DNA from: Podarcis erhardii
Taxonomy: Eukaryota
DNA: 64,000 bases
NCBI GenBank assembly: GCA_964252035.1
Contig: OZ176205.1
Direction: 5' to 3' (one strand)
Part shown: positions 48,200 to 62,937 of the stretch, one piece after another
Layout: the number at the start of each line of letters is the position of its first letter
Numbering within the stretch: the first letter of the stretch is position 1
Position numbers and translations under genes: made by a program
The notes under the pieces: model-generated
Seen by the model: only the letters and a program-made list of their open reading frames with translations
The model's database searches: none
What the model was told of the DNA's origin: nothing

Positions 48200-51100
48200 A
48201 AGTCTCGTCCACCCCTGTCAGCCCAGAACATAAAACACTGTCCAAGTACAGAAAAATTTAAAGACAAGCTGAAATATAGTTGATACAACCAAATGTAATA
48301 ATATATAGCAATGCACAATTTACCAAAAAAGAGAGAGAGAGGTCGTCACTGGTTTGTGTTTAATGCATAAGTGCTTTAAGGCTTTAAAAACAAACCAGTT
48401 TGTTTTTTCTCAACCAGGACCCGAGTTCTAAAATATGGGACTAGGGGGAAAAAAATACCTCTCAGCATCTGCGAAGTACTCTTTCCCTCTGCTTGCCAAG
48501 CAACAGAGTCTGTTCCCACACACTTAAGAATCAAACATGTGGTGGCTGCAATACTATTATACTAGCTCCACTTCTGATTTTCAACCAAGGCACTTATTAA
48601 ATTATGAGTTAGCTCGCTTTAAAAAAAAAAGACCTTTAACTGTTATTTGTACCCTCCCAACTTTAGTTTTTTTAACCCAACAAACGAGCTTTGCATATTT
48701 AACAGCTCTCCAGAAGGCAGCAAGAGCTAACAGATTGTATTTCTAAACGGTTCTCATTCACCTCTTCTGCACTGTGTTTCTGTGATGTAAACAGAGCTCA
48801 AAAGTTATCCAGCATTCTTTAACTTGTTTTTGTTTACGCCTTCCTTTATGCATTGCCAAGTCTCAAGACATGCCACCCCCCCAAGCTTACAACAAATTAC
48901 AAAACTGAGCCAAGGCCAAGTGTTTACAGATGCAATTACAAAATAAAAGCCTAAACTGGTGGAAGCAGTGACAAACGCAATGAACCTGAAATCACAGGCA
49001 AGAAGTGAAATAATGCTTATTGTAAGAGTGAAGACAACCAATGCATCCCTTTTAGAGCTGCTGCCCCTCCCCCCATCTACATAGCTCTTAGTGGCTTTTC
49101 TAAAGCTTCAACTGGATTGCGTCAAGAAGTAGTGCAGGACCCCGGGTAGCCAACAGTTCTCTTCAGTGCACCGCAAACCTTGTGAATTAGGATAGATGTT
49201 CTGCCCATGTCTGCTGAAAAGCATCAATAAACCGTCACCATACAGTGATCTGTGCATTTTCCAAGATCACACAAACCTGCAAAAAGGCAGCTGCCTCACT
49301 ACAATTTATTTTCTTATTTCAGTTCACACCCCAACTAGTATTCAGCTGAAGGTGAATGCGTATCTATACTCTGAGCACTCAAGACAGCCAGAAGCATCAG
49401 TCCTGCTTTTATTAAGTCAACAGGTATGGTATGCAAGTGAATCTCATCGGGCAAGATGTAATCAACCATTAGATGTAGCACCCATCCAACAGAAAGACGA
49501 TGTATATTCACAACAGACATAGTTTTGATCCTTAGGGTTACCTTAGAAGGTCTTGTGCTCTTTTTCTTTTTCCCTTTTACTAATTTGGTTAACTTCTCTG
49601 CCTGTCAGTTGACACAAGATGAACTTTCATGCTCAAACATTAAAATAAGTCAATTAATTCATATTCAACGGACCCATATTTTTTAAGAGAGGCATCACCT
49701 CTAAATGCAGTGGTGCAACAGCAGGATAAGCAAGCAGGAGAAAATGAGGTCAAATTTGTTAATAGCTAATACTAGAATTAGAATGTACAGGTAGGTATTT
49801 TGCCAAACCTGCTGCTGATGGATCCACAAGGGCACCATCCTGTGGGAAAAAGATTTAGGGGCTTGTAGGCCGGAAATCAAGTAAGAAGCCCAACATTAGA
49901 GGCATTCATAATGCCTACCTTCCATTACGTTTTTATAAAAGAGCATGAAAATAAACCTGTATTTAACACGCACCAATATTAAAGAGAAAAAAATTCACAG
50001 CTTGACACAAATTAAGAACACAGCTATTAAAAGAACAGCAAATGGGTCGTCTTTAAAAAGCCTTCCTATGCCTGTTCTATATTACATATATGCTATAAGA
50101 TGAAGAAAGCATGTGTCAAGTATCAAATTGGCATGGCATGGGATGTGTGGCTTTCAGGAATAACATGTATAAAAGGGCTATGGTTTGGGGTGGGAAAAGT
50201 CATTATTAGCCTGGAAAGGGGAAAAGGGGGGGGATATAAAGAACAGCAAAAAAACTATTCAGTAAGCATGTCTTTGGGGACCAGAATACTTGCACAGTGG
50301 TTATATGAAAATGCTCTTTAAGGATACAGACAACATCCACTATTTCCCAACATATTCTGAACTATGAGATGAGGAGGGGCAGGGAACAAAGAACTACTGA
50401 AAACCTATGAACCTGTTGACGCAAGAAATTTGACTACCTCCAAAGTGGGATATTTCCATGCTAAACACCAAGAAAACTTTGAAAGAATGCTTAGCATTTT
50501 TAACAACCACCCTCCTAGGGGCAAAATCGATTTCATACAGTTAAAAATGTGATTATTTTTTCTTCTTCTTCCTTCTGGCTGCAATGATGAATTTGAGTGT
50601 ACCAGAAGTCCGATAAAATACAGTAACCTTTGCTTATGTAAACAAATGTTCATTAAGAAATCATTCAGATAACGCAAGCCAACTGAACACTGCAATCGTT
50701 GAGTTTATATTCAGCTGTCCAATACTGTTGCCCATCCTGTGGCTTTAAAAAAAATAGGGCATCACCGTTAAGCTTTCTACCTAAGAAACCCATGAATGCT
50801 ACACACACTCCTCAAAGTGTCGAAACCTTAAATAGATGGGTTATTTCCTGCTCTAGCCTCCTAACAAAAGTTGCAGACAAAAAGCCTAAGTAGTCCTTTT
50901 TATTATTTGCTGTTCAAGTCCTTTTGTGTTTTGAAAGTGGTAACATTCCTGTTCACAGGGATTAAGTTAAACTATTAAGAAAATTCTACAGTGGAAGGAG
51001 AACTTCTTACAATCGCCCTCTGAAAAGAAAACATTCACTTGTCAGCTAGCAGAGACCAGGAGCTGAAGCAGTAAGAGCAAAAATCCACATCTCAATTAGG

Positions 51101-52269
51101 TGGAGAGGTTTTGGTTTCTGTCCCACGGAGACCACAGCCGTCCCACTTTGATGCTCTTTGTTCTCCAACTTACACAAGTCAAGTAATCCTCCTCCCAAGT
51201 AGCACACAGTGCCCTTTGGTTTCTTCTTTAGGCCCAGGGTTGCATCTAACAGAAGTGTTTGAATGCATCCAGCACAGGTGCATTTTTTGTGTAGATATAC
51301 TGCACTGCCAGACAAATATCAAATGTAGTTTAAACGAACTGTATTAGAAATAGATGCCGCTCCCCAACCTCCCATGTTTTGAAAAAAAAAGTTGCTCCAG
51401 TCTACAAAGTATTTTTGGTAGCAACAATATTAACAAGTTTAAACAAAGTTTACCAAACAAACAACTAGTTTTGTTGAAGAAAAAAAGGGAGTAAGATAAA
51501 AGAGGTGTATATGAGAGGTGTAACACCGAGTTTTTTTAAATGGCTTAGACCAATTATCCAAACAGAGCTGTTGGATTCATAAGAAGGTATTTGAGTAAAA
51601 ACCAATGTGCTTTGACTATTTTTCAAGTATCTGATATCAATTTTGTATAAAGACTTTGAATACACAAACTACCAAAGATAGAAGAAAATTGACTTTTCCA
51701 AGTTTGAATTTAAGTATTAAAAACTTAAAATACTTCAGAAGTTAGTATTCCACACAGTACTAACAATTTTCCAAATTATTTTTGTACATATCCCAGCTGA
51801 CTGTGGACTGAAAACAATCTGCTAAGCAGTATTAAAAGAGTGTGCAAGAGTTAAATTGTTTGTAGTTCGGGGGAAAACATCTAAAAACCTAACTTAAAAA
51901 AATAAAAACAAATGAAGTGAAAGCTTTAACTGGTACACACTGTTCACACCTATATTTCAAGTTTGGAAACGCATATTTTCAAGCAGCAATACAAAAAAGT
52001 ATCCATGAAGAATGCATAATTTCTGAAAAAAATTATGAAAACATCCCTGCTACCATTACATTTCTAAATACAAAACTGACTACCATATTGTTGCTTCTGT
52101 GTAGCAAGAGAAGTTCATTTTCAAAACAGGTAAAATTCAGTCTTCAGGTGTGAATGGTATGAATGAGAGTCCCCTTTTTAATTTCTTAAGTTGTTTTTAG
52201 GATCCTTAAGCATGCAAGCCTTGTAGAGGAGGGCCCAACAAGGGGCAGGGTTGGCTTAGGGCATCCAGT
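48200..52269 (-). other. SERBP1: SERBP1 long 3' UTR (distal end uncertain)
   Basis: Follows the stop codon; AT-rich and almost repeat-free; proximal part resembles the recalled mammalian SERBP1 3' UTR. Confidence 0.5.
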
Positions 52270-52326
52270 TTAGGACAGAGCTGGGAAAGCTTCTGGGTCA
52301 TCAACATCAGGAGCAGAAGCACTTGA
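52270..52326 (-). CDS. SERBP1: SERBP1 exon 8 (SSASAPDVDDPEAFPALS*)
   Basis: ttctttcag acceptor; conserved C-terminus; TAA stop. Confidence 0.96.
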   Translation of the reverse strand, partial: SSASAPDVDDPEAFPALS

Positions 52327-52431
52327 CTGAAAGAAAAACAGAATGTACGTTATCTGGAGAGTCCACGTAACCATTTTCGTTTGCGGCATTCCGTAAGGTA
52401 ACAGAACGTTCACACTGAATTAATACACTGA

Positions 52432-53240
52432 ATCAGGGCCTGGCTGTAATGATGAACTGGATGAGGGTCAACAAACTGAAGCTTAATTTAGACAAGGCTC
52501 AGACACTGTTAGTGGGTGGTTGTCTTGTCTGGCTGAGCAGTGTGCAGCCTGCTCTAGATATCCGGTGCCATCACAGGTGGCATGGAGTGCCTTCCATCAG
52601 TTTAGGTTGGTGGCCCAACTATGACCCTATCTGGCCTGGAATAACCCAGCTACGATAATCTATGCTCTGTTAACCTCAGTATATGATCGCTTTACATGGG
52701 GCTGCCTTTGAACACTGTTTGGAAACTACTGCTAGTGCAGAATGTAGCTACAGTGGTGCCCCGCAAGACGAACGCCTCGCAAGACGGAAAACCCGCTAGA
52801 CGAAAGGGTTTTCCGTTTTGGAGGCGCTTCGCAAAACGAATTTCCCTATGGGCTTACATTTTCGTCTTGCGAGTTCCTGCGGGGTTTTTTCCCTCCCCCC
52901 CCCCTTTTCCTAAGCCGCTTATCAGCTGATCCGCTAAAAGCCGCTAAACCGCTAATAGCGCTAATCCGCTAAGCTGTCAATGGGCTTGCTTCGCAAGACG
53001 AAAAAACCGCTATATGAAGAGCCTCACGGAACGGATTAATTTCGTCTTGCGAGGCACCACTGTACTAGATTGCTGAACAGGCTCATGGCAAACTGATCAT
53101 TCAAAGTGCTAGTTTTGACCTATAAATCCTTATATGGCGCAGAACCTTGAAATATTTTGGAACCCCCCTCCCAATATAAACCTACCAGACCCTGATCTTC
53201 TTGGTGCCTTCTCTGAGCTTACGTCAGATACTTTGTAGAC
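52432..53240 (+). mobile_element. L2 LINE fragment split by a Tc1/mariner MITE
   Basis: WMRVNKLKLNLDK RT motif; MGLPLNTVWKLLLVQN. Confidence 0.75.
52751..53062. mobile_element. Tc1/mariner (Tigger-like) MITE, 312 bp, same family as 29700-30530, opposite orientation
   Basis: TA|CAGTGGTGCCCCGCAAGACGAA ... TTCGTCTTGCGAGGCACCACTG|TA. Confidence 0.9.
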
Positions 53241-53362
53241 AATTATGTGCACTCATACACAAGTCCAGTACAAGAAAATATTGAACTGGGATTTTTTATT
53301 CTGTTGTCATGTTTAGTAGTATGGAACCATACGTAATGCAGACTTGGAAGTGTGTGCTCTAG

Positions 53363-53516
53363 TTATTATGTACATTTGTATCACACCTCTCTTCCATCAT
53401 GGTACTCAGCATACTGTAAATAGGATTTCCAGTCAGTCTCCAGCCAGGCACTGACCAGACCCAGACTTGCTTAGCTTCAAGCAAGGGGGTTGCATCATTT
53501 ACCTTCAGACCATGCC
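53363..53516 (-). mobile_element. 5S rRNA-derived SINE-like element with L2-like tail
   Basis: Revcomp GAAGCTAAGCAAGTCTGGGTCTGGTCAGTGCCTGGCTGGAGACTGACTGGAAATCC resembles the 5S box A / box C region; tail GGAAGAGAGGTGTGATACAAATGTACATAATAA. Confidence 0.7.
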
Positions 53517-55489
53517 TGTACACACACAACTTTTCAGTTGTAGAAGGAGAAAGAGGCATGAGCGCAGGTGATTTGGTGTTAAATGGAAAATCCATCACTG
53601 GCAAGAATATTTACACCTGTGTTCATGATACAATTGAATCTATGCTTCTCTCTCAGCACAAACACTGATCTGATAGTAAGGATGCCAAGTCCTGTTTATG
53701 TGGGAGCTGTATACTTTAATTCTACACATGTATCTTTTGTCTTCAGCTCAGTAACATCTTAATATAAACCCCAAATGAAATTTGCAATATGATACAGCTC
53801 ACTTGCTTTGACAATGACTTTCAAGCTTTGATCAGCTTCACATTATAACACTGCAACACTCCATTTATAAAATCCATTTCTGGAGATAGTGTGCAGAAAA
53901 ATGGATTCTTAGAACCCATGTAACTATAGTAAATTATAGTAAATTATGAAGTCTTGCCTACTTCCACATAAGGACAGAGTTTCATCCGGATGTTACTTCT
54001 AATTTAACCTACATATGTAAATGCTATGTTATGTTGTATGCTGATGCTAAACAGGTATCTTCATTTTAGATGACATTAAGAAACCCCAATAGCCTAGATT
54101 CCAAGAACAATTCCCAGAATGGAGGAAAACTGTTACTGTCGGTTTTGTGATCTGTCTAAATTTTAAAAAATATCTTAATAACATCATGGTTACAGTTACA
54201 GTGTTTCTATTTTATACCCAATACAACCTCAAACAGCCCTGACATGCAAGCATTACAGAAACGAAGACATGTCAAAGCTGGGGGGAAAGTCCAGGAGGAT
54301 CAAAAAATGGTTGTCATCTATAAATGCTATGGGCAAGCAAATAAAAATGTGAAAGCAGGTTGCTGTTTTTAACCAAACAACAAACACAAATTAAGAGTAT
54401 CAAAATGCATGCAAATAACACTTTAACCAGAAATTCTGATAAGCGTTACATATGATTTAATTCATCCTTAACACTGACTTTCACCAATGAAAAACGTCTG
54501 ACCAGGAATAAGGCTACAATTGTATACACATCCTGAGAGATTTATAAACAAGTCACCAACCTGGCTGGGTGTGTGGATCACATCAAACTCCTTAACCAAC
54601 TAGAAGGAAACACAGTCAAGATACAAGTATTAGTGTGGATCTGCACATTCATAATGAGCAAAATCACAAAACAGAAATGCTGGATTCTCAATTAGTTCTA
54701 CTGGAAAAGCCTTTCAAAAAGAGAAATCCAGCCACTGAATTCATAGTGAAAATAGACTACTCTCTCTCTCTTTTTAAGCACATTAAAGCCAATAAAGAAA
54801 AATATCTCCGCTTATGATCGAGAAATCACTGGAGTATCAATTGCTGTTTGCAAGCTGTGGTACCCACCCAGCATATTTGGGAACTTCATGTTTTGCATGA
54901 GAAATAGGCATAATTAAGTTGCATTCAAAGTGTGCAAAGACAACACATGCAGTATACATGGTAACATCATGAGCACGTCTACATTTTGTCAAGAAAACAA
55001 TGTCTTAAATCCAAATTTGTATGAGGGTGCTTCTGCTCAGTCTAGAGGGTGTTTCAGTCCCTTCCTTCTAGCTATATCCCTTAGTATTTCACAAAGATAG
55101 AAGATTCCATGAAAGAGTTTTCAGTCATGCACATGTGGGGAAAAGCTTAAGTAACACCCAAAATACTTGCAGAAGTGTCTACTGTTCAGACAGGTGATTT
55201 GGATTCAAGCCTATGTCAACTTTCAAACTCATGGTGGCAAACTAATGTATTCTGCACACGCACACATGGATTCAAGCCACCAATATTAAAATAAGTACCA
55301 CCTCTTAAACTAAATTTTTGCTCCACTACAAAGGACTATTAATTAGGGCACAGGTGTTAAGGGAAAGACTAGAGGATAGATCTATGCGTAATATTATGGT
55401 AACTTGCTTGGCAGCAGCTTAGTCGCTGAAACCTGCTCATGTTGTTTTTAAGTACCATCAACAGGTATACAAAAAACCTCTTTCGTTTA

Positions 55490-55681
<192 letters not shown>

Positions 55682-58600
55682 CTAAAATGAAAATAAGAAA
55701 GTCAGGACCACCACTGAAAAGGTATTTTCACTAAATACCAGATACAACCCAGAATGCAACACTGGGTGTGGGGGAGGGGGGATTACAGCACTCAAACATC
55801 ACTTGTATGAAATGCTGGTCAAAAACTGCCACAAATGGCCCCAGCCCTTTTGACTACAGGAAGGACAGCCAAGAGCAAAAGCAGAATGTAGCACATGTAC
55901 ACCTAAGCACAGTGTGCTTTCATTTATTGTTTGCTTATTTAGCTGAATGCTGGAACTATATCAATATACAGAAAATATTTACCAAATTCCAGGTATTGGT
56001 ACTTATTCATCTCTATTTTAGCATTCAGTAGCTAGTAAGAGATATGATTGTATCCAAAACATACAGAAAAAATTGCAGAGGTGGGATGGTGGAATCCAGT
56101 AGAAGCCGACATATTAGGTAAATCGTACCCAAGCCTGCCTCACCCTCTGCAAACCACCTTGAATTTCAGAAGTGATGCAGAGAAAATTGCTCAGAAGCCT
56201 CAAAAACAAAATATTGCCTGCTACTTAATTAAAATTTCCTATTCAACACATCTCTATTAACTGGAAAGGCTTCTACAAGCTAGAACAGGCTTCTGGGTGC
56301 CAACCATCAGGTGACAGGCAGTATGTACTTTTTAAAGTCACTGTCTCCTGGAGCGCCCCATATCCTGCAAACATCTATGTTTAGCCTCAACCAGACCTAT
56401 ACTGACCTTGCTGCTCTCAGCTTCTGCTTATCAGTTAGGCTTGTGTTACTGAAGTGTCCTCCTATGGCAGAGGTGGAGAATGCTTGGATCTTTTAATTTA
56501 ATCCCTAAAATAAGACTGCATATACCTGCTAGTGTATTACTGCATCCAAACTGCCAGGCAATGAACTTTAGTATACAGATCACAGAACAGAGATCAACTG
56601 AGAGACAAAACTTACTTGACTGGACAGTAAAAGCAGTGAACACAATGGGACTTTCTCCTTTATGTTGGCTCCTCACTTACAACACAGCCAACAGCTGTCT
56701 CAGGCATGGAACCTGTTTCCCATGGCCATGACTGGGGAACGTGTAATAAAAAGGTGCTGCCCTAGACCTACAAAGTGAGGCATAGGCTGGCCTCTTGCCA
56801 CTGTGGAGAGCATCCAGCGCCACTGGCAAGCTGCACCACCTGATTCCCAGGAAGAACTTCATGGCAAGAGGCAGACCAACCTGGCCCCATCCATTAAGCA
56901 GCTGCTCCAAAGCCCTTTCCTCTCCATTCCTTGCTCCTTTCGTAAGACAGCTATTATATAAGGAACCTGTCCACAGGTCCCTGTCCTACCTTTTATTTTA
57001 TTTGTTGGCATTTACAGACTGCTATTCACCATGCAGGAAATATATTCATATATTCACTCACTCACACAACTTAGAAAAATTTAATGCTTTAAAACTGTTT
57101 AAGAACAACATCAACATTACCACATATAGTGTTCGTACCTCATTGGATTCCATCTGACTCCCTTGCATCTCTGTCACCCCCTTTGTCTGATGCAAATTGT
57201 ATATCGATACACAAGGAGAGAAAAAAGTACATGAGAATTTGTATATTAAAATAACACGCTCTATGATTCAAGGTAGGTGAACCCAATAGGATACAAGTGA
57301 CTAAACAAGTGGACAGAGCAAAAGCAGTAAGCAGATTTTAATATGCAACTAGAAAATTTGGGCAAAATCCAACATCACATCAGCAAATGCAACATTTCCC
57401 TTTCCTCTCCTCGTGTACCCCACCAATCTGTTCCAGGGGTCCCCCAACCCTCTGGAGCATATTTTAGGGGTACATAGAAGCCTGTTATTAATTTCAGGCT
57501 TGCACATGACCCTAAGGGTTATGAGCTTTTTATTGTTTTTTGCAACATCAACACCAATTAAGTGTTGAGAAACCATTAGTGAGAGGGGGGAGCTGAACAA
57601 TGGATCACATTAGAATACAATGGGGTGAATAACTGAATCTGGCAAATGGGTCTGATGTTATCTCCTATATGGAACAAGTTTGAAAAGAGGGTGGGGCCAA
57701 TCACCTGACTCAATTGCCAGAATGATGTCGGATGACCTTTTCTGTCCAGTTTGTGCAATCAACCTGTACAGCAGATGCAGCTAACAAAGCACTTTTCAAA
57801 GTGCTTCACAATACCAGACAATCAGCTGATCTGCAGTACCTACAAGCCAGATTTTTACCAGCCTCACACCTGACATCATGTGTGACACAAAGTGTAGGGC
57901 AAGTGGGCGTCGCTTGGCCAAATATGGAGGACTGGCAGGCTTAATCAGGTCCCTACATTGGAGGCTTCTTACCCATGGAATAAAGTAGTAATCTTTAGTT
58001 AGTCTTAACGGAGCTGAACAACTGTAAAATACATTTAAAGGCTGCAATTCCAAGCAAACTTAACCAGGAGTAAGCCTCAACACAGTGGGAATTACCTCCA
58101 AGTAAATATGCAATGGATTTTTCAGTTAGGTGTCCATTATTTCCCACATTTATGTGCCTTAGCCAATATTCCAAAATCAGAGAGAATTGGTGGTAAAAAT
58201 AAGTGTAAACTCCAAATCATTTTGCAAGTATTACCTCATCTGCACAAGCATAAAATTAATCACATTGAAATTTCTGACAGGAAGCTACTACAGTTGAATA
58301 CATTTCACCAGGTACTGAGAGTTGGACAAGCAGAGCCTAGGTCAACTAAAAGCACCTTTTCCCTTGACACTGCGAGCTCTCTGTGGACTTATAAAATGGT
58401 GTCTGTGGTGCATGCTTGAATTACTCATCAGAAGTGGTACCATAATAGAATGAAGTATCCCACACATGAATTCTGCATTTTTGAGTGTGCCCTAGGATTC
58501 AGGTTTCAATAAATTATGGACACAATCAACATCCCAGTGGTAAACCTCCCACCGAATTCAGCAGAGCTGGAATGCGTATTTTCATCTAGACGTTGAATGC

Positions 58601-58862
58601 CCACACACCAATAACTGAAAGGTTTACTAAGCTTGACCTATGCTGGAGACTTAACCAGATAGCAGCTGTGTCTCCATGGTTTTCTCTCAAAGAGAGAAAA
58701 CTTCTAGCCTTTCTAGCAAAGGCTAGAAACATTTGTTTCAAAGTGATTAAAACAGGACTGGTTTCTGCACATGGGAAAGGCAAAACATCTGCTATAGAGA
58801 ATGTAAATATTGATAGGATACCTTAAACTACTTACTCTTAAAGGTGTGAGTAAAATGAAAAC

Positions 58863-59226
<364 letters not shown>

Positions 59227-60980
59227 TTACAATGGTGGAAACTCATTTCATAGTCTTTGTCACACTCAGAATGGTGAAGTCTCAATATCGGAATGCTGGA
59301 AGCAACCAGGAAGGCCACACTTCTAGAATTTATTGTTCACACAAAAAGCTGTACTTTAATGGATGTTCTTTTCAATTCAGACAAAATACTGTGCTATTGG
59401 AAATCACTTGACCACATAAACTCTGGCTTCATGACAAGTTGCTTTAATCCAAGTGTGCAACACATTGTTGATAACTAAAAGCTGGCAGCTAAAGATGGTC
59501 ACCTTATATGTATTTTAGCAGACCACAGAGATAGGACAGTTCTGCTTAATTCCTCCTTACCAGTCCTTCTTCAGCAATTACAAAGCAATTCTTTCTCCCA
59601 ACAGATACAATACCTTAACAGTTTTCAATGGTTTGCCTCCCACCCCCTCCAATCATGTCATGACAGCTTGCCATATGGAGAAAGACAAGTTAAAGCACAG
59701 ACTGTATGTCTTATGTACATCAGCCCTAAGGCATTCCCCCAAAGCAAGCTTTTGCACAACAGCTTCAAATGCTGATTCTCCCAGAGGCATTATGACTTAA
59801 CTGATATATCAGTATATCAATTTCATTGCCATATCTATTTTGGGAGAAAAAAAATAAGGAAAATGGCTTCAAAACTTTACCAGCAACAAAAATGAGCAAC
59901 TTCCTATGTGCAAAACAAAATGGAAACCTGTCTGAAGAGGTTACATCAATGATCAGCTGTGAACCTCCTGACTTAAAAAATGAATCAAGTTGTTTCATTC
60001 ATGACCTCTGGTAAGGGCTCACAATTAAAGTTAGAATGTTAAATGAAATCCCAGTTTATACTTGTAACCAAGAATAAAAGACTGATTCCCAAAGTAAGTA
60101 TTGCCTGAAAGCTCCCAAAGTGCATGCATGGGCCAGGTTCACATGTAGGACTTCCAAATAATGGCATTGCATGATTGTGCTGAGTTATCTACAGCACAAC
60201 AGCCACTTAAACAAGGCATGTGGGATTCCTATGCTGCTGAAAGAGCTTTTCCACTCTAAAAGTTCAAGTATAGTTATCTGCATCAATGCCTATCGGTCTA
60301 TGATAGTCCTGCACCTAAGTACCACCTCCACTCCCCATTTCTCATCCAATTTTACGATTTTACACAGCACTTCTGTGACGTGTCAAAACGAAGCGGCAAA
60401 TGCATGCCAAGCCACTATGCAAGAAAGAAATTTTTAGCTAGCTCAAAATGCCAGCAGGTTATTCAGCATCATCGTGCAAGTACAAAGGCTCAAATAGGAA
60501 GGTTGAAATGCAACACTTTGTGGATTGCATGCACAACAGGGCTCCCTCGCCCTTTCATCATGCAGTTCCACAAACCTGCTCTGGAAGGTCCTTTACTGTC
60601 GTTTATGGACACCATCGGATTCCATCCTACAACCTTATTTACACACACAATCCTGTAGGTTTTGAAGTAGCTACTTTTTAGCTAGTACCAACGTTGGATT
60701 TCACAGTTTATCACTGACAATTCAAGAGCAGAGCTTCTCAACTAGACTCACCATTTCACAAGTTTAGATTTATGAGGATTTTAAGCTAAAATTCCACTTA
60801 AGCATCTCGACCTGAGTCTGCCAATCATGTAACAAAGGAAACTTAAACAAGTAAACAGATTTTCTTGTTTTTAAAAGAAAAACTTTATACAAAAAACAAT
60901 CAACCACCTCCTTTTGACATGAAAGGAGCCTGGCAACCTCATAAATGATCAAACAAGGATTCTGGCAATATAATACTTAC

Positions 60981-61055
60981 TTATTCTCTGAGTCGGCAGG
61001 TGGATGCTCCTCCCCCTCTGGTGTTTCCTCTGTCACATTTGATTGATCCAAATCA
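60981..61055 (-). CDS. SERBP1: SERBP1 exon 5, short form ([25 protein letters not shown])
   Basis: ttccag acceptor; AA|GTAAGT donor; phase 2-2. Confidence 0.94.
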
Positions 61056-61738
61056 CTGGAATTAAAGATAGTTTAAAAATATATGATGCTTCATATGAGC
61101 ACTGCCTACCCACCTGATACCTGATATTCAATGACCTCAAAATTATACCAAAGCTTACAGTGGAACTTCAAAGAATATTCACTCCCCAATATAAACACTG
61201 CTCCACCATCAAACCCCAAGTCTGCTTTACTAGCTGTATTGCTGACAAAAGTATGGGTGATTTTCTATGCCAACAGAGGCAGATTTGGGATCTAGAATTA
61301 TAATTTCAAATTTAGAAAAATGCTTGCTTTATACTATACTGCTGCATTATGATGACCCTTCAGGAAAGCACACAGGCAGGATGTGCACGCACGCGCGCAT
61401 ACACACACACACACTGATAAAGGGAAATGATCCTCCACTAAGCCAGAAAAATGGGTGGTGCATACGTTAAGGATATCAACATTAATCATGCTCACGAGAC
61501 CACCTACTGAAATCAATGGACTGGCATTCCTTAACTCCATTTATTTCAAAAGGCCTATGCAGGCTATGGCTATTACATATCACCAAAAATGTTTGAATCA
61601 AATTTGAATATGTTTTTTGTAAATCTGCTCTTCTTGGGGAACAGTAAAGAGCTACTCAGGACAATGAAATGGGAAATCCTGTTCCTTTTCACTACCTCTC
61701 CTGAATTTTTTCACTCATTATGTGATCTTCCAAACTTA

Positions 61739-61915
<177 letters not shown>

Positions 61916-62014
61916 TTAACATAATAGTGTTGGAATACAGATTTTCAAAAGCAAATTTTCAAAGTATTATTCTGATATGAATGCACTTTAAAAAAGAACG
62001 AGTTTAAGACTTAC

Positions 62015-62161
62015 GATCTGTCGCTTCCACTATGCCTATCAAATTCACGTTTGCCTCGGGAGTCAAAACCATCTCCTCTGCCCAGGCCACGTCCTCTGCC
62101 ACCACGGCCCCCTCTTCCACCTGGTCCACCACGGCCACGCATAGGACGATCAATAATGGGT
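62015..62161 (-). CDS. SERBP1: SERBP1 exon 3 ([12 protein letters not shown]...[12 protein letters not shown])
   Basis: RGG box; TC|GTAAGT donor. Confidence 0.96.
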
Positions 62162-62937
62162 CTATTGTAAAATAAAGCGAAATTAGGAATGACACTAGAA
62201 AGTCTACTTCTACCTTGGCAGTGCTAATAATCATCTTTCTTAATATTATATCAAGTTCTAAAATTATGCTGCAGCTACTTAAGAGCTATTAATGCTATTA
62301 GTATCTTTTTCCATTTCAGTATCCACATACTGCCCAACAACAAACGTTCTCTGGTCAATTTAATAGTAATAATTAAAACCACAGATAAAATACAGCATGA
62401 AAACATGAACCAGTACAAAGCAATGAAATAAAATAAATAAGCAGCAGAGAATGTTTTAAGTACAGCTGATTTAAAAAGCCTAGGAAAGTAACATTTTTAC
62501 CTGATACTGAAAAGACCATAAAGTAGGTGTCAGGCAAGTCTCTCTGCTGAAAGCATCAGATAACTGTGGTATCAACAATAAAAAGGTCCTCTCTCAAGAA
62601 GCCACCCACCCCATCTCACTTGGCAGGGTACACAGAAGGCTTGAGAAGATTTTGTTTTATTTATTTAATAAATTGTATACTAATTTTCAAGTGAAGTCCT
62701 CTAAGACTTGACTTCTGCATAAAGCCAGAAGATGATCTTAGGCTTCATGCAGTGGTGTGTGTATGAAAAGGCAATTCTTCAGGTACCCTGGCCCCAAGTC
62801 ATTTATGGCTTTTATGCTTTATACAGACATTCTGAATTGGCCCCAGAAACAAAATGGAAATCAGTGTAGATGGCAAAGCACAAGTGCAGTATGATTATAT
62901 TCATCAGTTCTTGTCAGTAATCTTCGTCCTAGTTACT

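Noticed and set aside
53424-53478. 5S rRNA gene
   Set aside because: Only the 3' part matches, with many mismatches, the 5' end is absent and it is fused to a LINE-like tail.
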